Positions 1 through 9,508 of a stretch of 64,000 nucleotides of DNA are shown here, piece by piece (the first letter of the stretch is position 1; the number at the start of each line of letters is the position of its first letter). The notes beneath the pieces are model-generated. The model saw nothing but the letters and a program-made list of their open reading frames with translations, ran no database searches and was not told the DNA's origin. Position numbers and translations under genes: made by a program. Source of the DNA: Clostridia bacterium (lineage in GTDB: Bacteria > Bacillota > Clostridia > Christensenellales > CAG-138). The stretch spans positions 5,930 through 69,929 of the forward strand of contig JAUNCT010000005.1 in NCBI GenBank assembly GCA_030526425.1, read 5' to 3'.

Positions 1-1761
1 CGAGATGGTGAAGTCCTCGCCGTACTTCTTGTCGACATACTTGACGCTGATGGTGACGCCGAGCTTGTCGATGGAGCGGAGGAGGTCCTCACGGAAAGTC
101 TCGCCGTTGAAGAAACGCGGTGCGCCGTTGACGGACACGGAGTCGATGACGGACAGACCGCTGATGGTCACGTTGTAATACAGCGCGTTGCTGGTGAGCG
201 GGTCGGTGAAGCTGAAGGTGATTTCGTTGTTGTTGGTGCCGAACGCCAGCTTCTTGTTCTGCGTCCACTTGATGCGCTCATGACCCCAATCGGTCGCGGC
301 GGCGATGTCGGTGCCGGCCTTCTGACCGGTAATGGCGCTGGTGCGGTAGGTGACGGTGTAGGTGAGACCGGGCATTTCAACGGGATCGAAGATCTCGCCG
401 GCGTAGTTTTTGGTTACGGTGCCTTCGACCTTGAACTCCTGAATGGGTTCGAGAACGGTCACGGGAGCGGTCTTGACGACATAATCCTTTCCGGTCTTGG
501 GGTCACTGTAACGGAAGGTGTAGACCTGCTCACCGGCTTTGTTGAAGTTCTTGGTGGCGGGCTCCATCGTGCACACATCGAAGTAGTAGTTGCCGTCGGC
601 ATCCTTTTCGCTGCCGGCGAACTCGACTTTGAACACGGGCTTGTCGCTGCTGTCGCGCATCGGATCGCCGACGAGGATGTCACCGGAGACCGTGAGCGTT
701 GCGGTCAGCTCGGGAAGAGCTTCGACTTCGACGGTGAACGATTTGCTGATGGCGGTGGCGTTTGCGGAATCCTGATAGGTCACCGTAACGGCGATGGAGC
801 CGTCGGTCGTGAACTCCGTGGGGGACACAGTGCAGTCGGCGGTAACGTCTTTTTCACTGCCGTCCGCAAAGGTCGCGGTCGCGGTGAACTGGGGCTTGTC
901 GCCAACGTACGCATCGGTCTTGGTGGCGCTCAGCGTGAGGTTCGTGCACTTGTCCACAACGGCTGCGGTGAAGCTTTCGGTCAGGGTCACGCCGTCTTCT
1001 TCATAAGCGACGTTGACGACCTGATTGCCGAGGGAGGTGTAAAAATCGGGAGTGAAGGTGCAACGCTCGGTGATGTCCTGATCGGCGCGGCCGTCGGCGT
1101 ACTGCGCGGTGACGCGGATGCCTTCGTTGGTCGCATCGTCGATGTATGCTTCATCGGGCGCGCCTTCGACAACGAGAGCCGAAAGGCTGGCTGCGACGTT
1201 GACGTCGACCGTGCAGGTCTTCGTCGTACCGCCGAGCTCAAACGAAGCGGTGATGCTTACCGTACCGGCGCCGGAGAAGGTCTGATCGCCGTATTCCGGA
1301 ACGACCTCGATGTTCTTGCCGTCGACTTCCGCGAAGAAGCGGACGCCGGCAAGCGCTTCGGAAGCGGTGTGTCCGGTGTAGCCGGTCACGGCGGCGATGT
1401 CCGAAGTGAGCGCGGTGAGCTTACCGGTGAAGGAGATGGGAAGATCGACGACTTCGGTGTACTTCGGAGTCTCGGTCAGGGTCTCGACCGTGGCTTTCAC
1501 CGTCTGGGTGGCCTCGATCATGCCATCGGGCAAGGTGAGGGTCTCGTTGGACAGCGTGGTCGTGGTGGCGACCTTCGTGCCGTCCTTCGTGAGGGTGATG
1601 ACCAGGTCCGAAGTGGCTACGGTGTCACCGGCCTTCCAGACCTTTGCGGGGTCCGCGAGGCTGACGGACAGATCGTAAACCGGATCGTCGGCCAGGGCGA
1701 TCGCCGGCACCAGTGCCAATACGAGCACGAATGCCAGCAGGAGTGTGGTGATGCGTTTCAT
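1..1761 (-). CDS. Large secreted surface protein with tandem bacterial Ig-like repeats (partial, runs off window start)
   Basis: Read manually on the minus strand: RBS AAAGGA, then ATG at 1761. MKRITTLLLAFVLVLALVPAIALA is a signal peptide, followed by Thr/Val-rich beta-strand repeats (VTAQYADGRADQDIT, TATATFADGSEKDVTADCTVSP). Open to position 1, so it is missing from the ORF track. Confidence 0.8.
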   Translation of the reverse strand, partial: MKRITTLLLAFVLVLALVPAIALADDPVYDLSVSLADPAKVWKAGDTVATSDLVITLTKDGTKVATTTTLSNETLTLPDGMIEATQTVKATVETLTETPKYTEVVDLPISFTGKLTALTSDIAAVTGYTGHTASEALAGVRFFAEVDGKNIEVVPEYGDQTFSGAGTVSITASFELGGTTKTCTVDVNVAASLSALVVEGAPDEAYIDDATNEGIRVTAQYADGRADQDITERCTFTPDFYTSLGNQVVNVAYEEDGVTLTESFTAAVVDKCTNLTLSATKTDAYVGDKPQFTATATFADGSEKDVTADCTVSPTEFTTDGSIAVTVTYQDSANATAISKSFTVEVEALPELTATLTVSGDILVGDPMRDSSDKPVFKVEFAGSEKDADGNYYFDVCTMEPATKNFNKAGEQVYTFRYSDPKTGKDYVVKTAPVTVLEPIQEFKVEGTVTKNYAGEIFDPVEMPGLTYTVTYRTSAITGQKAGTDIAAATDWGHERIKWTQNKKLAFGTNNNEITFSFTDPLTSNALYYNVTISGLSVIDSVSVNGAPRFFNGETFREDLLRSIDKLGVTISVKYVDKKYGEDFTIS

Positions 1762-2031
1762 AACAAAACATCCTTTCTGCAACGATATTATGCCCCACCC
1801 ATACAGATAGAACATAATAGATTACTTTGAGTATAGCATTTCGCGGGAATGAAAAAAGTTAAGAAATTGTGTACAAACCGTACATAATTTATGAACGGTG
1901 GCGCCGAAAAACAAATATAGTGGGGCAGGTGCGAAACCACCACAAAATAGCGACTTTCCATTCACGGAATATTCACAGAACCGGGGCGGTACACTGTCCC
2001 TTGTGCGGGTGGGTATGCTATACTTGTTATC

Positions 2032-3798
2032 ATGAGAAAGTATGCGTTTTCCGCCCGGTTTCGCCGGGCGCTTGTTGCCGCCTGCGCGGCATCGGTCCTT
2101 TTCGGGCTCTCCGTTGCCTTTGCGGCGGAAAAGCCCGTGACCACACCGCGTCCGACTGCGGTGCCCTCGTTGTACGATACGCTCCCCGCGCCGTGCGATG
2201 TGCTCGTCGTGCTCGCGCATCCGGGGGATGAGACCCTGTTTTTCCCGGGGCTGCTCGGCACGCTTGCCGGCGGGCGCGGGCTCGATGTGCGTGTGCTGTA
2301 TCTTTCCTGCGCTTCGGAAGAGCTGCGCGCCTTCGCAGAGGAGACGCTTGCCGCCTCCGGCGTGACGAACCCGCCCGAATTCTGGAACCTCGGCGGGATC
2401 TATTACGAAACACGACAGCATGCGGCGAACAACTGCGGCGGGGTCGACAAGCTCATCCGCAACATGACGGACCTGATCCGCTATTACCGCCCGAAGTACG
2501 TCGTGACGCACGACCCCGAAGGGGAATACGGGCACGGGCTGCATGTGCTCGCTTCCGAGATCGTGACCCGCGCGTGCGCGAATTCGCATTCGCCCAAAAA
2601 GCTCGCCAATTCGGTCAAGACCTACGGCATCCACGCACCGGAGTATATTTATTATCATACCGCGGAGCCCGAAGGCGCCGTCGTTCTCGATCTCAACGAG
2701 CATCTGACGGAAACGACCCTGCGCGACGCGAACGCCGCCCGGTACGATGTGCTGCGCCCCCTGCTGCCGATCGGCATCGACATCACACGCGATGCTTACA
2801 CACAGCCGCTGTTCCGCGCCGAAGCCGCGCCCGGTTCCTCCGGAACGGACGCGGGGCTGTTTTCGGAAAACGATCCTTCGGTGCCGCGCACCGAATACCG
2901 CGCACCCGAGGTCGTCGAGGGGGATTACTGCGGTGTGTTCTCCGAAACGGAGAGTGCTGCGGCAAGACCCGAAGAGGGTTTTTGGGAATACCGCAGCCCG
3001 AACCTTGCGGTGACCGTCGAACACAGGGAATTCAAAACCGACGAGGGGCAAGATGTTGCATATAACGTTGCGCACATCTTCACGCAGAACGAAGACGCGT
3101 TCGTGCCGGGCATCCGCGAAACGAAGGCGCATGAATACCCGTGGTTCATGGCGCGCCGTTACAAGGCGGTGCTCGCGATCACCGGCGACAACATGACGGT
3201 CGCCGAGGGCAAATACAAGGGCATCATCATCCGCGACGGAGAAGTATTCAACGACCGCGCCGGGGCGGATACCCTTGTAATGGGGGCGGACGGCTCGCTG
3301 CGCATCCTCCCCGCGGGAGAACAGACGGCGGAGCAGCTGCTGGCAGAGGGCGTGCGGAACACGTTCTCGTTCGGTCCGACGCTGATCGCGAACGGCAGGA
3401 TACAACATGAGCAGCTGCACACGTCGAAGGTGCAGCGCAAAAACCCGCGCGTCGCCATCGGCATGGTCGAACCCGGGCATCTCGTCGTCATTCAAGTCGA
3501 CGGACGCCAACGGGGGTACAGCCTGGGCGTGACGCTCGAAATGCTTGCCGCCATGTTCTGGGCGGAAGGCTGCACCGAAGCGTACAACCTCGACGGCGGC
3601 AGATCCGCCGCGCTCGTGTTCATGGGCGAACACATCAACCGGCATGCGGGCAACAGCGCGGATATCCAGCGCGCCCTGCCGGACGCGCTGATGTGGGGGC
3701 GTTCCGACCTGGTGCCTGGACCTTATGAACCCGTGTACAACATCGGCAACGGTCCGAGAAAAGAACCCTATCTCGAAAAGGAGCCCGCGGTGAAATGA
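2032..3798 (+). CDS. Secreted fusion: PIG-L/LmbE-type deacetylase + phosphodiester glycosidase (NAGPA) domain
   Basis: Signal peptide; LAHPGDE and VVTHDPEGEYGHGLH (PIG-L metal motifs); C-terminal NPRVAIG...VDGRQ...AYNLDGGRS (NAGPA). Confidence 0.85.
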   Translation: MRKYAFSARFRRALVAACAASVLFGLSVAFAAEKPVTTPRPTAVPSLYDTLPAPCDVLVVLAHPGDETLFFPGLLGTLAGGRGLDVRVLYLSCASEELRAFAEETLAASGVTNPPEFWNLGGIYYETRQHAANNCGGVDKLIRNMTDLIRYYRPKYVVTHDPEGEYGHGLHVLASEIVTRACANSHSPKKLANSVKTYGIHAPEYIYYHTAEPEGAVVLDLNEHLTETTLRDANAARYDVLRPLLPIGIDITRDAYTQPLFRAEAAPGSSGTDAGLFSENDPSVPRTEYRAPEVVEGDYCGVFSETESAAARPEEGFWEYRSPNLAVTVEHREFKTDEGQDVAYNVAHIFTQNEDAFVPGIRETKAHEYPWFMARRYKAVLAITGDNMTVAEGKYKGIIIRDGEVFNDRAGADTLVMGADGSLRILPAGEQTAEQLLAEGVRNTFSFGPTLIANGRIQHEQLHTSKVQRKNPRVAIGMVEPGHLVVIQVDGRQRGYSLGVTLEMLAAMFWAEGCTEAYNLDGGRSAALVFMGEHINRHAGNSADIQRALPDALMWGRSDLVPGPYEPVYNIGNGPRKEPYLEKEPAVK

Positions 3799-4655
3799 AA
3801 CGGTTATTGCGCACGATCCTCTGCGCCGCTTTGCTTGCGGCGTTCGTCGTGTCCGCGGTTGCGGAGGAGACCGCGGTCTTTTTCGGCGCCGAGGTCCCGC
3901 GGGATGCGGAGGTGCTGACGCTCGACGGCGTCGCTCTGTCGGATACGGAATTCGCCGCGCTCCCCGAAACGGTCGCCGCGTTCCCGAACCTCAAGACGCT
4001 GGAACTCCTGCATACGGGCAGAACGAACGAAGAACTGGCGGAGCTGAATGAAAAGCTCGGCAACGTCCGCGTGGTGTGGACGGTGAAGATGGGCAAGCTT
4101 TGGGAGCTCCGCACGGATGAAAAATATTTTTCCACGAAGCACTCCAGCCAAAAGCGGCACGAGAAGACCCGCCTGAAAACGGAGGACATCCAAGTCCTGC
4201 AATACTGCACGGATCTCGAGGCGCTGGATCTCGGGCACCATTCCATCACGGATATCTCGGTGCTCGCGAACCTCAAAAAGCTGCGCATCCTCATCTGCAT
4301 CGACAACCGCGTCAGCGACCTTTCGCCGCTGGCGGAACTGCCGGAGCTCGAATATCTCGAGCTGTTCCTGCTGCGGGTGACGGACCTTTCGCCGCTGGCG
4401 GACCATCCGAAGCTCAAACATCTGAACCTCGCGCACAACCGGCTGAAGAACAGCGACCTTTCGCCGCTGTACACGCTGACCGGGCTCGAACGGCTTTGGA
4501 TCAACAGCTGCGGGTTGACCAAGCAACAGCAGCAGGACCTGAAGACCGCGTTGCCGGATACGCGTATGGAATTCAAAGAATACGATTCCACGGGCGCGGG
4601 CTGGCGGACGGGTGAGGTCTATCAAAACCTGCGAGAGATATTCCAATACGGTTGA
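3795..4655 (+). CDS. Secreted leucine-rich repeat (internalin-like) protein
   Basis: Signal peptide; LRR units LEALDLGHHSITDISVLANLKKL, NRVSDLSPLAELPEL; ATGA overlap with upstream gene. Confidence 0.85.
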   Translation: MKRLLRTILCAALLAAFVVSAVAEETAVFFGAEVPRDAEVLTLDGVALSDTEFAALPETVAAFPNLKTLELLHTGRTNEELAELNEKLGNVRVVWTVKMGKLWELRTDEKYFSTKHSSQKRHEKTRLKTEDIQVLQYCTDLEALDLGHHSITDISVLANLKKLRILICIDNRVSDLSPLAELPELEYLELFLLRVTDLSPLADHPKLKHLNLAHNRLKNSDLSPLYTLTGLERLWINSCGLTKQQQQDLKTALPDTRMEFKEYDSTGAGWRTGEVYQNLREIFQYG

Positions 4656-4669
4656 GGAAAGGAAAGCCG

Positions 4670-6655
4670 ATGAAACGCAAAACGATCCGAACGATCGCTA
4701 TGATGACGGCACTGGGGTGCTGTTCCTGCCCTGTGCTCGCAACCGACGGCGCAACGTCTGAGGTGCCGGGAAAGGTGCCCGCGGGCGTACAGGTCGCCGA
4801 AGAGTACACGCATCTGTTGCCGCGCCTCGGCGACGATGCGATCGCCACCCGCGTTACGATGAAAGCGGGCAAGGGCATCACCGTTTCCCGGAACGAGGGT
4901 GATGACGTGCGGGGCGTATACATCACCTGGTACAGCGCGCCGGCACAGCTGACGGTCGTGCGCAAAGGGGCGGACGGGAAGCCGCTGAAGAAGGAACGCA
5001 TCGCCGGGGAGAGCCACCGGCAGTACTTCGAAATGGGACAGGACTGCACCGAACTGCAGATCTCCTCGCAAAAGGGGGAATACACCCCCGCCGAGGTGCG
5101 TGTGATCCATGCCGGGGAGACCGTGCCGTTTTCGGGAACGGAGGCGGATGTGCTCGTATTCGTGCCGGCACCCGGTGACGAGTACACGCTTTACGGCGGG
5201 CTGCTGCCGCGCTTGGTCAAAAACGGATACCGCGTACAGCTCGTATACATGGAAAAAGGCGACCGCCAAACCGAGGAGGAGTCGCTTAAGGCGCTCGAAC
5301 GGCTCGGTGTCGATGTGATGCCGGTCTTTTGGGGGCTGTCCGCGCCGCGCAACGCGGATACCGCCGCACAGGCGAAGGCATGGAAGCTCGAACTCAAAAA
5401 GCGTTCCGCCGCGAAACTCATCGAGACCGTCGCGCCGAAGCTCGTCATCGCCCCGTCGGACGCGGAGGGGAGCGGTTTGCCGCTCGGTGCGTGCGCTGCG
5501 GGCAGCATCGCCGCCGAGGGGACGGAGAAGGCGAACCTTGCGGAAAAGCCCGCGCTGTATCTCGCCGGCACCGCGGGGACTGCAACGATCGACTGGACGG
5601 CGGATGATGCGCACGATACCGCGGAGAGCCTGTACGCATCCTTCGATACGCAGTGGATCTACCACCGAGCGCTGCCCGAAACGCTTTCTTTTGCGGACGG
5701 TGCGGACCTTTCGCCGTTCAAAGCCGGCACCCCGGCACCCGTGACGCATGAGCAAACGGAGCCGGAAGGCGCGGAAAACGGAGACGACCTGTGGTTCCGC
5801 CGCGCGGGGGAACCCGCGGAGGTCGTGGAGGCGGACGTGGAGAAGGGTGTGTGGAGCTACCGATCGGATACGCTTTCCGTCACGGTGGAACGGCACGAAG
5901 AACCCGAAACGCCGCTGGTATGGCATGTCGCGCACATCCGCATGCGCGAACGCAACAGTTTCCGCAGCGTCATCGCGGCGGATATCGGCAAGCAGCCGCG
6001 CCTCCGCGCGTGGCGCATGGCGCGCAAGCAGAAGGCGGTGCTGCTGATTACGGGGGACAACCTCACCACGAGCGAAACGCCGGTCAAGGGCATGCTCATC
6101 CGCAACGACCGGTTCTACGCCGACCGCGGCTATGAAGACAGTATGTATTTCGACGACGGGCTCGGCATGACGATCATCCCGCGGAAGACGCTCGACGGGA
6201 TGGAAACGCTCGAAGGCGGTATCCGCGATGTGTACTCCTTCGGACCCGTTCTCGTCGAAGACGGCGAGATCCAATGGGAAAAGATCGAGCGGCACCGCGT
6301 GGCGAACAACGGAAACCCGCGCTGCGGCGTCGGTATGGTGGAGCCCGGGCATCTCGTGGCGATCGTCGTCGACGGGCGCCAAAAGGAATTCAGCGAGGGC
6401 GTGGACCTGCGCCGCTTCGCCCGGATGTTTCTCGACGAGGGCTGCAGCCTCGCGTATAATCTCGACGGCGGCGGTTCGACCGCGATGGTCTTCATGGGGG
6501 AGAATCTCAACCAACACGGCGGGCAGAGCTGGGACAAGCAGCGCTTCCTGCCCGAGGCGCTGATGTGGGGCTATTCGGAACTCGTGCCGACGGAGGACGA
6601 ACCCGTGTCGAACATCGGCAACGGGTGGGGGAACCTCAAGGACATCAAGGCCTGA
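4670..6655 (+). CDS. Secreted fusion: degenerate PIG-L-like domain + NAGPA domain (paralog of 2032-3798)
   Basis: RBS GAAAGGAAAG and ATG at 4670; VPAPGDEY replaces HPxDE; C-terminal NPRCGVG...VDGRQ...AYNLDGGGS. Confidence 0.8.
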   Translation: MKRKTIRTIAMMTALGCCSCPVLATDGATSEVPGKVPAGVQVAEEYTHLLPRLGDDAIATRVTMKAGKGITVSRNEGDDVRGVYITWYSAPAQLTVVRKGADGKPLKKERIAGESHRQYFEMGQDCTELQISSQKGEYTPAEVRVIHAGETVPFSGTEADVLVFVPAPGDEYTLYGGLLPRLVKNGYRVQLVYMEKGDRQTEEESLKALERLGVDVMPVFWGLSAPRNADTAAQAKAWKLELKKRSAAKLIETVAPKLVIAPSDAEGSGLPLGACAAGSIAAEGTEKANLAEKPALYLAGTAGTATIDWTADDAHDTAESLYASFDTQWIYHRALPETLSFADGADLSPFKAGTPAPVTHEQTEPEGAENGDDLWFRRAGEPAEVVEADVEKGVWSYRSDTLSVTVERHEEPETPLVWHVAHIRMRERNSFRSVIAADIGKQPRLRAWRMARKQKAVLLITGDNLTTSETPVKGMLIRNDRFYADRGYEDSMYFDDGLGMTIIPRKTLDGMETLEGGIRDVYSFGPVLVEDGEIQWEKIERHRVANNGNPRCGVGMVEPGHLVAIVVDGRQKEFSEGVDLRRFARMFLDEGCSLAYNLDGGGSTAMVFMGENLNQHGGQSWDKQRFLPEALMWGYSELVPTEDEPVSNIGNGWGNLKDIKA

Positions 6656-6691
6656 AAACGGGTGGGCGACGCGTCCTCCCGTGAGAAAACG

Positions 6692-6726
6692 AAAAAAGAA
6701 CCGGTCCGAATCGGACCGGTTCTTTT
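6692..6726. terminator. Bidirectional intrinsic terminator
   Basis: AAAAAAGAACCGGTCCG-AAT-CGGACCGGTTCTTTT between convergent genes. Confidence 0.8.
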
Positions 6727-6736
6727 GGTGTTGCGA

Positions 6737-7087
6737 TTATTCGCAGCAGTGGCAGCCGCAGCCGCACTCTTCTTCGTGGTCGTGCTCGCAATCATCGTCA
6801 CAGCAGCAGCAACCGTCTTCGTCGAAGCGCTGTTCGACGATCTTGATGAGCTCGGGCATCTTGTCCTCGTCGGCGGGGACGAACTCTTCGAATTCGCCGT
6901 TCTCAACGATCTTCATGATGTAGACCTCGCTCTCGTGGTCTTCGTCTTCGTTCTCGAGGTCGGCGGGATCCAGCAGGACCGCGTATTCCTCTTCTTCATA
7001 CTCGAAATAATCTACGACTTCAAGTTCGAACTCGTTTCCGTCGTCATCGGAAAACGTCACGATATCGCGTTCTTCTTCCATTGTCAT
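6737..7087 (-). CDS. DUF1292 family protein with Cys/His-rich tail
   Basis: IVTFSDDDGNEFELEVVDYFEYEEEEYAVL acidic signature; RBS AAAGGAG. Confidence 0.85.
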   Translation of the reverse strand: MTMEEERDIVTFSDDDGNEFELEVVDYFEYEEEEYAVLLDPADLENEDEDHESEVYIMKIVENGEFEEFVPADEDKMPELIKIVEQRFDEDGCCCCDDDCEHDHEEECGCGCHCCE

Positions 7088-7303
7088 ACTCCTTTACACA
7101 GTAATGATAGCCTATTTTAGCAGAATTCCGGCTTCGATTCAAGGCATGAACCATAGAACAAACCCGAAAAACAATGCGTTTTCCATAGACATTTTTGTTG
7201 AAGCGTGCGGAATGGAATGCTATACTGAGAGTGTAACATTGCAAATAATGAACACGGGCGAAAAATATTTTTTAGCATTGCAAAATTATTTTGTTAAAAC
7301 ACC

Positions 7304-7331
7304 TTGAAAAAAACTTTGAAACTGGTATAGT
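7304..7331 (+). promoter_or_regulatory. Putative sigma-A promoter of the yheO-ygeY-ygeW operon
   Basis: TTGAAA-16nt-TATAGT with TG extended -10, in an AT-rich region. Confidence 0.5.
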
Positions 7332-7361
7332 GAAGGCAGAGATGCCGGGAGGGAAAGAAAT

Positions 7362-8000
7362 ATGGATCTCGGACTGATGAAACAGTTGGCGCACGCGATC
7401 ACCGCGCAGTTCGGCTCGAACTGCGAAGTCGTGGTACACGACCTGAAGAATGCGGATTCCGAGCACACCATCGTTGCCATCGAAAACGGGCATGTTTCCC
7501 AGCGCGAGCTCGGAGACGGTCCCAGCAGGGTGGTCCTCGAAGCGTTGCAGCACAAAGGGGAAGAGTGCCCCGATGATATGTGCGCTTACATCTCCAAGAC
7601 CTCCGACGGGCGCATCCTCAAGTCCACTACCGTCTACATGAAGGACGAAAACGGCGCGCCGGAGGGTGTGTTCTCCATCAATTACGACATCACCGAGTTG
7701 CTGATGGCGGACCGTGCGGTCACCTCGCTGCTCAACCACAAGCAGCAGGAGGAAGACCGGCCCGACCCCGTGATCCCGCGGAGCGTCAACGACCTGCTCG
7801 ACGACCTGATCGAACAGAGCGTGAAAATGATTGGCAAGCCCGTTGCCATGATGACCAAGAACGACAAGATCGAGGCGATCCACTTCCTCAACGAGGCGGG
7901 CGCTTTCCTGGTCACCAAAAGCGGAGACAAGGTCTCCAAGTATTTCGGCATTTCCAAGTACACGCTGTATTCCTACATCGACGCCAAGAAGGAAAACTGA
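7362..8000 (+). CDS. YheO-like PAS + HTH transcriptional regulator
   Basis: FGSNCEVVVHDL...IENGHVSQRELGD; C-terminal GAFLVTKSGDKVSKYFGISKYTLYSY. Confidence 0.9.
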   Translation: MDLGLMKQLAHAITAQFGSNCEVVVHDLKNADSEHTIVAIENGHVSQRELGDGPSRVVLEALQHKGEECPDDMCAYISKTSDGRILKSTTVYMKDENGAPEGVFSINYDITELLMADRAVTSLLNHKQQEEDRPDPVIPRSVNDLLDDLIEQSVKMIGKPVAMMTKNDKIEAIHFLNEAGAFLVTKSGDKVSKYFGISKYTLYSYIDAKKEN

Positions 8001-8094
8001 GGAAGCAAACCGGACGGTCCCTCGTTCGGTTTCTCGATAAAACAAAAAGACACCGCACTTCACGACAAATACAAAGAAAGGATCTTCAAGCATT

Positions 8095-9486
8095 ATGGAA
8101 ACCTCCAGAATCGAAGCGGTCAAGCAGGCCGCGCAGGCGTATCTGCCCGCAATGTCCAAGTTCCTCCGCGACCTGATCGCGATCCCCAGCGAGAGCTGTG
8201 AGGAAGAGGGCGTTATCAAGCGCACCATCGAGGAAATGAAAGCGCTCGGTTATGACGAGGCGTTCATCGATCCCGAGGGCAACGCGCTCGGTTACATGGG
8301 CACCGGCGACAAGATCATCGCGTTCGACGGTCATATCGACACCGTCGGTATCGGCAACATCGAGAACTGGACCGAAGATCCCTATCAGGGTTGGGAAAAG
8401 GACGGCATCATCTACGGCCGCGGCGGTTCCGACCAGGAAGGCGGCGTCGTCTCCGCTGTTTACGGCGCGAAGATCATGAAGGATCTCGACCTCATTCCCG
8501 AAGGCTACAAGATCCTCGTCACCGCGACCGTTCAGGAAGAAGACTGCGACGGTCTGTGCTGGCAGTACATCCACAATGAAGACGGCATCACGCCCGAATT
8601 CGTCGTTTCCACCGAGCCCACCGACGGCGGTATCTACCGCGGTCACCGCGGCCGTATGGAGATCCGCGTCGACGTTCACGGTGTTTCCTGCCACGGCAGC
8701 GCGCCGGAGCGCGGTGACAACGCGATCCACAAGATGGCCGAGATCATCGAAAACGTCCGCGACCTCAACGAGAACCCCGCAGACGACTCCGTCGAGATCA
8801 AGGGTCTCGTGAAGATGCTCGATCCGAAGTACAACCCCGAGCATTATGAAGATGCCCGCTTCCTCGGCCGCGGCACCTGCACCACCAGCCAGATCTTCTA
8901 CACCAGCCCGAGCCGCTGCGCTGTTGCGGACAGCTGCTCCATCTCCATCGACCGCCGTATGACCGCGGGCGAGACCTGGGATTCCTGCCTGAAGGAGATC
9001 GAGGATCTGCCGGCTTGCAAGAAGTACGCGAAGGACGTCAAGGTCTCCATGTACATGTACGACCGTCCCGCTTGGACCGGCCTGAAGTACGAAACCGAGT
9101 GCTACTTCCCGACCTGGATCAACAAGGAGACCGCACCGCACGTACAGGCTCTCGCAGATGCGCACAAGGCGCTCTTCGGCGAGAAGCGTATCGGCAAGCG
9201 CGAGGATATGCCCGAAAAGGCGAAGATCAAGCGCGATGAGCCCCTCATCGACAAGTGGACCTTCTCGACCAACGGCGTTTCCATCCAGGGCCGCTACGGC
9301 ATCCCCTGCGTCGGCTTCGGTCCCGGTGCGGAGAGCCAGGCACACGCTCCGAACGAGATCATCTGGGCACAGGACCTCGCGACCTGCGCTGCTGTTTACG
9401 CGCTGACCCCGTCCATGTACAAGGGCAAGGGCGAAGAGGATGTCTGCCAGTTCCGTGCCGGCAAGACCAACAACGACATCAAATAA
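8095..9486 (+). CDS. ygeY: YgeY family M20 metallo-hydrolase
   Basis: [53 protein letters not shown] motifs. Confidence 0.9.
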   Translation: METSRIEAVKQAAQAYLPAMSKFLRDLIAIPSESCEEEGVIKRTIEEMKALGYDEAFIDPEGNALGYMGTGDKIIAFDGHIDTVGIGNIENWTEDPYQGWEKDGIIYGRGGSDQEGGVVSAVYGAKIMKDLDLIPEGYKILVTATVQEEDCDGLCWQYIHNEDGITPEFVVSTEPTDGGIYRGHRGRMEIRVDVHGVSCHGSAPERGDNAIHKMAEIIENVRDLNENPADDSVEIKGLVKMLDPKYNPEHYEDARFLGRGTCTTSQIFYTSPSRCAVADSCSISIDRRMTAGETWDSCLKEIEDLPACKKYAKDVKVSMYMYDRPAWTGLKYETECYFPTWINKETAPHVQALADAHKALFGEKRIGKREDMPEKAKIKRDEPLIDKWTFSTNGVSIQGRYGIPCVGFGPGAESQAHAPNEIIWAQDLATCAAVYALTPSMYKGKGEEDVCQFRAGKTNNDIK

Positions 9487-9508
9487 TTTTCAAGGGAGAT
9501 AAAAACCA

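Noticed and set aside
280-1830. 516-aa plus-strand ORF
   Set aside because: Antisense shadow of the Ig-repeat gene. The minus strand has the RBS, signal peptide and coherent domain pattern.
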